Below are positions 17,099 through 24,167 of a stretch of 24,167 bases of DNA, one piece after another. The stretch is from a virus (Duplodnaviria; Caudoviricetes). The translations under genes and the position numbers were made by a program. A model generated the notes under the pieces. It made no database searches. It saw only the letters and a program-made list of their open reading frames with translations, and was not told the DNA's origin. Numbering within the stretch: the stretch's first letter is position 1; the number at the start of each line of letters is the position of its first letter. The DNA lies in IMG/VR virus record IMGVR_UViG_3300031519_000222, positions 1 through 24,167 of that record; one strand, given 5' to 3'.

Positions 17099-17368
17099 AT
17101 GGCACAACCAGATACAAGAGCGGCGGCAAGCGGCGAGTTTATTGGTAAGGACGTATTCCTTAAAAGTTTCCAGCAACAAGCAGGAAATATTTCTACAGCA
17201 CAACTAACAGCATTAGTAAGTTCAGTTCAAAACTTAAACTTATCAGTACTTAAAGTTGGTAGTTTTACAACAGATACGCAAACGACAGTAAACTTCATCT
17301 TAGAAGGTGCAGACAACCTAGCAAATGGTGACCTAGCAGGACACGTTATTGCAGACGTCTCATTCTAA
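17099..17368 (+). CDS. Small putative virion protein (89 aa)
   Basis: Has its own promoter, RBS and terminator. N-terminus MAQPDTRAAASGEFIG resembles MAQANPNAAVRAANGFVG of the previous gene. Confidence 0.75.
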   Translation: MAQPDTRAAASGEFIGKDVFLKSFQQQAGNISTAQLTALVSSVQNLNLSVLKVGSFTTDTQTTVNFILEGADNLANGDLAGHVIADVSF

Positions 17369-17386
17369 GTTAAACAAACTTAATTA

Positions 17387-17416
17387 AAGTCCTCACTTGT
17401 TGGGGATTTTTTTTGA
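17387..17416 (+). terminator. Rho-independent terminator (copy 2 of the 27-bp repeat)
   Basis: TCCTCACTTGTTGGGGATTTTTTTTGA at 17390-17416 is identical to 16660-16686. Confidence 0.8.
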
Positions 17417-17435
17417 TCTCAATTTCTGATATCCT

Positions 17436-17443
17436 GATAAATA
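17436..17443 (+). promoter_or_regulatory. Late promoter GATAAATA
   Basis: Follows the terminator. 15-nt identity with the promoter at 8257-8271. Confidence 0.7.
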
Positions 17444-17451
17444 GTACAAAG

Positions 17452-17475
17452 ACACGGAGACACACGGAGACACAC
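17452..17475 (+). repeat. 10-bp tandem duplication (ACACGGAGAC x2.4) containing the RBS
   Basis: acacggagac-acacggagac-acac lies directly before ATG 17476. Confidence 0.85.
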
Positions 17476-17883
17476 ATGAGTTTACCAAGCAGAAGCGGAG
17501 CAATGGGTAGTAGTGAAGTACTATCAAGTAATATAGAATATTACTCATTATTCACTACATTAGACATAACAAGAACAGGTGATTTTGCAGACAATACACA
17601 GAAAGATTTTGAAAGTGTTGTTCAAGTAATAGGCTTAAGAGCACAGCCAATTATTATGAATAATCCAGTACCATTAAATGGTGTAGGACAAAATGTATTA
17701 GAGAATTATGGGGCACCAAGTATTTCAGGAGCAGGTTGGATTTTTAAATTTGCTTTTGAAAGAGAAGGAGTGCATACAATAGATACACTTAAAGATGAAT
17801 TGAATGGAATAGTACTGAACGGTGGTACAATAGATACAAAAAGTTCAGTCAATATGGAATTTACTAAACAAGATTTATTATAA
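17476..17883 (+). CDS. Putative virion structural protein (135 aa)
   Basis: Start moved to ATG 17476, downstream of the late promoter and GGAG RBS. The track's start at 17413 lies inside the terminator. Confidence 0.75.
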   Translation: MSLPSRSGAMGSSEVLSSNIEYYSLFTTLDITRTGDFADNTQKDFESVVQVIGLRAQPIIMNNPVPLNGVGQNVLENYGAPSISGAGWIFKFAFEREGVHTIDTLKDELNGIVLNGGTIDTKSSVNMEFTKQDLL

Positions 17884-17893
17884 GAGATAAACA

Positions 17894-18133
17894 ATGCCTA
17901 AAAAAATAAAACCGGAACTGACTCCAAGACCTTATGTTGAGAGCGGTAACATAGAGGCACACATAATTGCAGATATGCTACGAATAGAAAGTATCACTGC
18001 AGAACTCAGAGAATTTAAAGAGACTACAAAAGGCAGATTAGACAAACTAGAAAGTTGGATAATTGCTATTGTTGGATTAACATTTACGACCCTAATGACT
18101 ACAGTTGTAGGATTATTGATGAAGGTACTATGA
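17894..18133 (+). CDS. Coiled-coil protein with a C-terminal TM helix (possibly holin/XhlA-like)
   Basis: Heptad region RIESITAELREFKETTKGRLDKLE followed by hydrophobic WIIAIVGLTFTTLMTTVVGLLM. Confidence 0.6.
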   Translation: MPKKIKPELTPRPYVESGNIEAHIIADMLRIESITAELREFKETTKGRLDKLESWIIAIVGLTFTTLMTTVVGLLMKVL

Positions 18134-18411
18134 GAATAGACGAATTTACAGATGAACCTATTTACGAAGCCAGAATGGTATGGCGTAAAGTAGGTAATAA
18201 AATTAAACGGGCAGTACGTTGCACATCAGGTAGACGTAAAGGCAGAGTAGTATCTAATCCCAGCCAATGTAATGCGCCTATAGACTACAAGAAAAGAATT
18301 GCTTTGAAAAGAACTAAAGCAAGAATGGGTGCCCGAATGACTAGGAAGGCTAAAAGAACAAAACGTTATAATTCTTTAAGCAAACGAGTTGCTAGTTTAA
18401 ATAGGCGTTAA
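18130..18411 (+). CDS. Very basic small protein, possibly prohead-core or DNA-condensing (93 aa)
   Basis: Start moved to 18130 (ATGA overlap). Acidic leader MRIDEFTDEPIYEA, then a strongly Lys/Arg-rich body. Confidence 0.7.
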   Translation: MRIDEFTDEPIYEARMVWRKVGNKIKRAVRCTSGRRKGRVVSNPSQCNAPIDYKKRIALKRTKARMGARMTRKAKRTKRYNSLSKRVASLNRR

Positions 18412-18412
18412 A

Positions 18413-21400
18413 ATGAAGTTTACTGACGTCAAAACACTTGAACATTTATTAAAAGAGTATTCTTATAATAGCTCAGGCAAACCTACGCCTTCTGGGGATC
18501 AAAAGATGGGTGGCACGGAAAAAAATACCGGAGCAGAATTTGCCACAGTAAATATCGGTGATGTTGATAACGATACAAAAATAAAAGATTTAAATGGTGA
18601 CCCTCTAGGAACAGTAGTTTCTCCGGTAGGCAAATTTCCTGATAAGAATAATGTAGTTGTACAAACTGATAACGATCAATTACAAGTTATAGATGATGGC
18701 ACACAAGTAGATATAGACTCAGATGATAAAAAAAATGAATCTAAATTATCTAAATTAGCAAAACGTAAAAATAAAAAACATCAGATTAAAAAAATACGCA
18801 GTAAACTTAAAAAGTTAGCAAGACGAAGATTAAAAGAACAACCTGCAGAATTATTTGAAATAAACTTCAACAGAAAAGAAATAGCAATAGGTTCATTAGA
18901 TTTACCTGTAAAATGTGGCTTTGAAGCAGAAACATTTTTTTATAGTGTAGATAGTAGCGGTTCCTCTAACGTTGATGAGATGAGCGTCAGTGATATAGAA
19001 TATGAATATGGCGATCTACCAGATGGTGCATACGAAGATTATAATCAATGGCTATATGATAAAGGTCAAGAAGAATACTTAGACGATCTAATAGATGACA
19101 AAGTACAAGAATTTAAAGAAGATGAAGATTACATAAACGATTTTATTGATAGTGGTGGTGGTCCAAGTTCAGAAGCAGTAGAAAGATACAAAAACAATTT
19201 TGAAGAAGAAGATCCAACAGAATACGAAAACCGTGCAGAAGATGGTTGGGAGTATATAAATTGGTGTAGAGAATTTGTTGAAGAAGAGTACGAAGAAGAA
19301 TATTTAGCCTGGTTAAGAAATGAAGTTGCTGAAGAAAATGATCTAGACGAGGAAGCCAAAGCACTAGCAGAAGCCGATTATTCCATGGATGAATGGGTCA
19401 ATGACAACTACAGTTACATGAGTAGTTTCCTTGATGATTATGGTTATGAGTATGGTAGTACCTCCAATAGTGTCGAGGGAGTTGCAGATGAATTAATGGT
19501 ATGGATTAGAGATAATAGTGAATTTCAAAACTATCCGGAGTCAGGCGATTACGGAGACACAAATACCACAACTGGTTGGGCAGTAGAAAATGACAGCAGT
19601 ATAGAACCTGACGAAGGTGCCGCGGCAGAATTAATTTCACCTGTATTCGCTTCTCCGAGAATTATGCTTGAAGAAATGAGAAGTCTATTTGAGTGGAGTG
19701 AAAAAAACTTTGGAACAAACACTAGTACAGGACTTCACGTCACGATGAGTTGGCATGGTGAAGCCGCAGGATTACCTAGTGCCGCAGAACCAAACAAACT
19801 AAAAATGGCATTGCTATTAGGTGACGAATACTTACTTGCAGAGTTTGGTAGACTTAGAAATAGTTATGCAAAAAGCCAATATAAAAATATAGTAAAATAT
19901 GCTGAACGTATGAAAAAAGGTGATGCAAAAAGTTTCGAAGAATTTGAGAAAGCATTATCTAAAGGCGTCTCAGATGGCAAATTTAATAGCATACATTTTA
20001 AATCTGAAAAAGATAGAATGGCAGGAACTAATCTAATGGAGTTTAGAATAGCCGGTGGTACTGACTACAACACAATGTTTGAAAAAGTAGTAAAAGCAGT
20101 TGTGAGATATGCTACTATTATGAAAGCAGGATATGATGAAAATGCCTTTAGAACAGAATACATAAATGCAGTAAGTAGAGTATTGCGTAAAGCAAACGAA
20201 ATAAATCCTAAAAAATTAAAAGACTTAGAAGTTGTTAATCATCCTGTAATAGATTCTGCTAAAAACATTGTAGGTAAACAAGATTACTTTGATATTATAA
20301 AGTTTTTAAGTAGAAGTGTAGAATATTTACAGGACTATATAGATTTAAGTAAGCCAAATGCTGATAAAGAATGGAAACAAAGTATTAAAGATTATGAAAA
20401 ACGTACTGGCGACAAACTAACTGCTGTTAATGAAGAAGAAGCACCTACAGGTTTTATGAAACCTTCATCAACTGCACCTAGTAAAAGAGCATTATTACAA
20501 CTAACCGCGGCACAGGAAAGATTTGCTGAAGCGGTCACTATGTTAGCAAGAGATATTGCTGAAGGTGATGCCAGACAAATACCAAAGGCAAAAGATGTTT
20601 TTGTATTTAGAAACTTTGCTAAAGAATTAAAATTAAATTCTAATAGTATTCAAGAATTAACATTTATTAGTATGAGGGGCCTAAACTTTGTAGGCACTGA
20701 TAAAGAAGTAATACTTAAACTTAAAAAAGGTTTAGAGATATTATTTAAACAAGAAATTGTTAAAGATTTAGCATTTTTAAAACCTCAAGAAGTAGATGAG
20801 ATTGCTAAAAAATCTTGGCAATTCGCAATGTCTGATGATTTTCAAGATAATATTAAATCAGATAAGTTTACAGACTTGCTACTAAATTTAAATCCAGGTT
20901 CCAGAAAAGAAGATATAACTAGTTTGTTAAACGATCTACGTTTTACAAGACAGGAAAATGAATTCGCTTCTAAAATGAAAGGTGACGGCTGGGGGAATAA
21001 TACAGTTTTAATACAGAACCACAGACTTATAAATGCCGGTTCAGTAAAAAATATTTTAAAATTCTTACAACCTTATGAAGGTTATGATCATCCTACGAGT
21101 CCAGATCATCATGTAAACATTAAAAACGATGATTCTTATGAAGAAGTATATCAAATGAGACTCACTCAGAGAATGAGAGATAGAATAGCCCATTTAAAAG
21201 ATTTAGAACAAGAAGATAAAGAAAAATATGAATCTATTAAAGGTGAACTTATTAAGATAGGTAAGGACCTTATAAACACGATTAAATATGATGAAGATCA
21301 GTCTTATCAATTCAGAGCTGAAGACGGAGTTTCTATAGGCGAGTGGTGTTTAGTAATGGAAGAAAGAGCGACCGAATCTGCATTAGATTTTCTTGCAAGG

Positions 21401-24167
21401 GCAGAAAGTTTAGAAAAAGATGACTTATATAATTTTGCGTCTGCCTATGATGATAGAATTATAAGTACTCTAAGTATGTTGCCAGTGTATTACAAGACAA
21501 AAAACACTCCTGGATATGGGCCAATGGAGAGCGACAAAAAAAATCCAAAAATAAAAAAAATAATTAAGAAAAGTTTTGCAGGGTTTAAAAAGTTTTTAAC
21601 AGCATATGATAAAATATTTACACAAGAAGGTTTCTTAGATCTAAAAACAGAAATTAAAGGCAAAAATGTAATAGACAAACGCAGTAAAGACTTTGAAAAA
21701 AATGTGAGAATTAAAAGCAGAGTAAAATTTAATTGGCCGAAATATTCATCAGGATATATAGATGAAACCTTTTATAATGTCCTAACAGATAAAACTAAAC
21801 CCAACCAAATAGCATACTTAGAAAATCATTTAGACCAATTTGGTAAAAGATTAAATATGGATCTAGTTTATATCATACCAGCCGCTCACAATGAAGAGGC
21901 CAGAGATGCCGTAGACGGTTTAGCCCTAATCGATACATTTGAAAAAGCAAAAAATTACTATCATAGTTGGCGTAGAGAAAAATATAGACGTGTGTTAGGT
22001 AGATTTTATTCAAGATATAAAATCTCTTACCAGGACTTAACTGGTGCAGGTAGTTACATTCAAATGGGCAGTGATGAAATTTTAGAGCTTAACAAATTGA
22101 ATATAGAAGTAACCCGTAACGGTGACTCTAGAGCAGGAATGCCTGGAATAAACCCTCTTGTAGATGAAGAAGATACCAAAAACCCAACTAGTGGTGAACC
22201 TCTTAATAGAGGAGACAGCATGACTTGGGAACAGGTAGAAAACGATGCTGAACAAAAAAGATTTAATGCATTTGACTGGTCAGTATATCCAAAAGCAATG
22301 AAAGGTGCTGTTGCTAAAGAATTGGCTAATAAAGAATCTAGTTATGGTGCATTTAGTATAGCATTAGATAATGTTTTGAAAAAAGTTTTAAGTGGTAAAA
22401 AAGGTTTAGAAATAGAACCATTAAAACGAGAGCCTGAATACAAGTGGGGAGTTGACGACAGATTTATTGATGATGCAAATACAATTTCTACTGCACCTGA
22501 GCATGAAGTAGACACAAGTTACGAGATAGCAAGACAAAATCATACATTATTTAATAATATGATGGTTCAAGGAATTAACTACTATGTACAACGAGGCCAA
22601 GTAAATAATCTAGTTGGCTTTTTAAATAATAGCGGTAATGCAATGACTCTAAAAGATGCAGTATTACAGGCTATAACAAGAAACAAAGAAGCCGGTAGCG
22701 AACCGTTAGATTATGACTCAGCATTAATCCGCGGATTACAAATCCACGGCGGACCGCAAGGAAACAACGAAAGTGCGATAAATAGTAGCATGTCTAATAT
22801 ATTTGAAAAATTTGATTCCTTATCTCTACAAAAACAGTTAGAGATAATATCAAAAATAGATAATAAAAAGATAGATGAAGTTTATAATAAAAAGAAAACA
22901 AAGAAAGCAAAAGGATTCCAACATCCAAACAAATCAGGTGATACCAAACAAACGGAATCTGCAGTACCTGATAATTCAAAAATAAGAATGCTTAATCATT
23001 TACTAGCAGATAAAATGCCTGCAAGTGATCTTAAGAAGCAAATGGATGCCTTCTTTGCTTTACCTGACCCTAAAATGCTAAGAGCATTTAGAGACAGACG
23101 TGCAGAGAGCGGAGACGATGCATGTTTAAGATCTATACTTAGAAGTTTTATTAAAAGGCAGATGTCTGACAGTCAACGAAAATTTATTAATGTTAATGAA
23201 TCTAAATTAAATGAATATGATGATTTAGAAGCAGAAAAAACTAAGATACAAGATATTGTAAATAAGTTAGATATAGAAGAAGAAAAAGACAGAGAACTTA
23301 TAGATCAAATTTGGAGAATACTAAATGCTGATCATATACAAGATGTTATAGGAAAACTAGTAGTTAAGCCTATAGCAGACGAAACAGCAATGAACAAAGA
23401 AGCCGCAACTAAGGTATTAACGCAGGTAATATATCAAATAGAAAGTAGTTATGAAAAGATAAAAGATTTCTTAGACGATTTAGAAAAAACAGGTTCAGCA
23501 TATGATGTTGATGCTTTAAAGAAACCTATAAATACATTATCAAATATATTTAAGTCTGATGTAGGTTATACAGTATTCAAAACATTATTACCATACGGAG
23601 TAGGTTCTAATAAGAAAGGGCCCGGCGAATTTGCATTAGCAATGTTAAGTGACAGAGTACAATTAAGTAGTACAACTGGTGATGTTGTAATAGATGGCGA
23701 ACTAGTAGAAGTAAAAGCAAGTAAAAGTGAAACTAGTTCAGGCGGTGGCAGATTGGGCATGGGCGGCATGGCACAACTTAAAGCAAGAGATATTTTATTA
23801 AGATATAAAGAAGTAATACCAACAGTTGCAAGTCATATAGAAGATGCAAATAATAAAACATTAGGGCTAACTAATTTTGTAAAGTATCTAAATCAAGACC
23901 TTCCTGTAGGTGATAAAAGAAGATATGATATTACCAAAGAGTTTTATAAGGAATTATTTATTCCAGTAGCAGTAGAAAAAATTGCTAAAGCATTTCAAAG
24001 TTTAGACAGTGATATAGCGATTGCATTAGAATACGCAGGCGCTAATTATATAGATTATTTAACAAGAGGAAAGTTTGAAGCATTATTGGCAATAGATATG
24101 TATACAGGTAAATCTGCATACTTACCGAATGAGGAAGCATTTTTGGATTTCCATAAGGGACCACATT
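18413..24167 (+). CDS. Giant multidomain protein (>1,918 aa, 3' end truncated): amidoligase (glutamine-synthetase/COOH-NH2 ligase fold) domain plus PD-(D/E)xK nuclease-like domain
   Basis: Starts at ATG 18413. Large parts were translated by hand with no stop, and its absence from the ORF track implies it runs off the window end. Amidoligase motifs: CGFEAE (18914), WAVENDSSI, AELISP, TGLHV, MEFRIAGG (about 20040). Nuclease-like motif KGPGEFAL...GDVVIDGELVEVK at about 23615-23716. Confidence 0.88.
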   Translation, partial: MKFTDVKTLEHLLKEYSYNSSGKPTPSGDQKMGGTEKNTGAEFATVNIGDVDNDTKIKDLNGDPLGTVVSPVGKFPDKNNVVVQTDNDQLQVIDDGTQVDIDSDDKKNESKLSKLAKRKNKKHQIKKIRSKLKKLARRRLKEQPAELFEINFNRKEIAIGSLDLPVKCGFEAETFFYSVDSSGSSNVDEMSVSDIEYEYGDLPDGAYEDYNQWLYDKGQEEYLDDLIDDKVQEFKEDEDYINDFIDSGGGPSSEAVERYKNNFEEEDPTEYENRAEDGWEYINWCREFVEEEYEEEYLAWLRNEVAEENDLDEEAKALAEADYSMDEWVNDNYSYMSSFLDDYGYEYGSTSNSVEGVADELMVWIRDNSEFQNYPESGDYGDTNTTTGWAVENDSSIEPDEGAAAELISPVFASPRIMLEEMRSLFEWSEKNFGTNTSTGLHVTMSWHGEAAGLPSAAEPNKLKMALLLGDEYLLAEFGRLRNSYAKSQYKNIVKYAERMKKGDAKSFEEFEKALSKGVSDGKFNSIHFKSEKDRMAGTNLMEFRIAGGTDYNTMFEKVVKAVVRYATIMKAGYDENAFRTEYINAVSRVLRKANEINPKKLKDLEVVNHPVIDSAKNIVGKQDYFDIIKFLSRSVEYLQDYIDLSKPNADKEWKQSIKDYEKRTGDKLTAVNEEEAPTGFMKPSSTAPSKRALLQLTAAQERFAEAVTMLARDIAEGDARQIPKAKDVFVFRNFAKELKLNSNSIQELTFISMRGLNFVGTDKEVILKLKKGLEILFKQEIVKDLAFLKPQEVDEIAKKSWQFAMSDDFQDNIKSDKFTDLLLNLNPGSRKEDITSLLNDLRFTRQENEFASKMKGDGWGNNTVLIQNHRLINAGSVKNILKFLQPYEGYDHPTSPDHHVNIKNDDSYEEVYQMRLTQRMRDRIAHLKDLEQEDKEKYESIKGELIKIGKDLINTIKYDEDQSYQFRAEDGVSIGEWCLVMEERATESALDFLARAESLEKDDLYNFASAYDDRIISTLSMLPVYYKTKNTPGYGPMESDKKNPKIKKIIKKSFAGFKKFLTAYDKIFTQEGFLDLKTEIKGKNVIDKRSKDFEKNVRIKSRVKFNWPKYSSGYIDETFYNVLTDKTKPNQIAYLENHLDQFGKRLNMDLVYIIPAAHNEEARDAVDGLALIDTFEKAKNYYHSWRREKYRRVLGRFYSRYKISYQDLTGAGSYIQMGSDEILELNKLNIEVTRNGDSRAGMPGINPLVDEEDTKNPTSGEPLNRGDSMTWEQVENDAEQKRFNAFDWSVYPKAMKGAVAKELANKESSYGAFSIALDNVLKKVLSGKKGLEIEPLKREPEYKWGVDDRFIDDANTISTAPEHEVDTSYEIARQNHTLFNNMMVQGINYYVQRGQVNNLVGFLNNSGNAMTLKDAVLQAITRNKEAGSEPLDYDSALIRGLQIHGGPQGNNESAINSSMSNIFEKFDSLSLQKQLEIISKIDNKKIDEVYNKKKTKKAKGFQHPNKSGDTKQTESAVPDNSKIRMLNHLLADKMPASDLKKQMDAFFALPDPKMLRAFRDRRAESGDDACLRSILRSFIKRQMSDSQRKFINVNESKLNEYDDLEAEKTKIQDIVNKLDIEEEKDRELIDQIWRILNADHIQDVIGKLVVKPIADETAMNKEAATKVLTQVIYQIESSYEKIKDFLDDLEKTGSAYDVDALKKPINTLSNIFKSDVGYTVFKTLLPYGVGSNKKGPGEFALAMLSDRVQLSSTTGDVVIDGELVEVKASKSETSSGGGRLGMGGMAQLKARDILLRYKEVIPTVASHIEDANNKTLGLTNFVKYLNQDLPVGDKRRYDITKEFYKELFIPVAVEKIAKAFQSLDSDIAIALEYAGANYIDYLTRGKFEALLAIDMYTGKSAYLPNEEAFLDFHKGPH
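22777..22787 (+). promoter_or_regulatory. Intragenic late-promoter-like element GATAAATAGTA, with the GATAAATA box 5 nt before an in-frame ATG (22790)
   Basis: 11-nt match to the intergenic promoters at 8258 and 17436. Same 5-nt spacing to the start codon as the 8241/8235 pair. Confidence 0.5.

Noticed and set aside
16660-17416. 27-bp direct repeat as a CRISPR repeat or attachment site
   Set aside because: There are only two copies, 730 bp apart with genes in between. Each is a hairpin plus T tract right after a stop codon, which fits a terminator. No cas or integrase gene is in the window.
505-17894. Other overlapping short ORFs in the track (e.g. 505-723, 1298-1492, 2613-2834, 3965-4225, 7823-8089, 10085-10516, 13036-13527, 14586-14885, 16029-16211, 16617-16811, 16988-17203)
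   Set aside because: They lie antisense or out of frame to well-supported genes, or cross terminators and promoters, and have no independent support.
22725-22738. Perfect 14-bp palindrome TAATCCGCGGATTA upstream of the nested promoter
   Set aside because: About one palindrome of this length is expected by chance in 24 kb, it lies in coding sequence, and I saw no second copy.
19129-23769. Short minus-strand ORFs (19129-19359, 19143-19364, 21490-21678, 22794-22979, 23566-23769)
   Set aside because: They are antisense shadows of the giant plus-strand ORF, with Ser/Leu/Phe-rich composition and no RBS or motifs.
18413-24167. Apparent 5.7-kb gene desert in the ORF track, suggesting non-coding DNA or stop-codon recoding
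   Set aside because: The frame starting at 18413 reads open in the standard code and was missed only because its stop lies outside the window. TAA, TAG and TGA all end genes normally elsewhere in the window.
1-24167. tRNA, rRNA, introns or inteins in replication genes
   Set aside because: The intergenic gaps are too short or are explained by promoters and terminators. Primase and helicase are normal length with no intein motifs.

Overview
This AT-rich, gene-dense window looks like part of a large T4-like/jumbo dsDNA phage genome. The left part (1-12.6 kb) holds metabolic and replication genes: an APS-kinase/HxGH-nucleotidyltransferase fusion, MetK, APRT, a sulfotransferase-like protein, a clamp-loader-like subunit, two MazG-like pyrophosphatases, a 189-aa 'mini-DnaE', a 2OG-Fe(II) oxygenase, primase, an SGNH hydrolase and a DnaB/gp41 helicase. 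The right part (12.6-24.2 kb) is a late region marked by repeated GATAAATA boxes, a variant of the T4 late promoter TATAAATA. Many of its proteins start with a T4-like capsid-targeting/prohead-protease leader ending in (I/L)xE. They include an RNA-ligase-like protein, a ParB/Srx fusion, and a >1,900-aa ORF (18413 to the window end) that the ORF track missed. That ORF combines an amidoligase domain with a PD-(D/E)xK nuclease-like domain and contains a nested late promoter with an in-frame ATG. The best candidate novel systems are (i) a set of virion-packaged, protease-processed enzymes that may be injected with the DNA, and (ii) a SAM/PAPS/adenine-salvage module. All assignments come from motif recognition only; no database searches were run.
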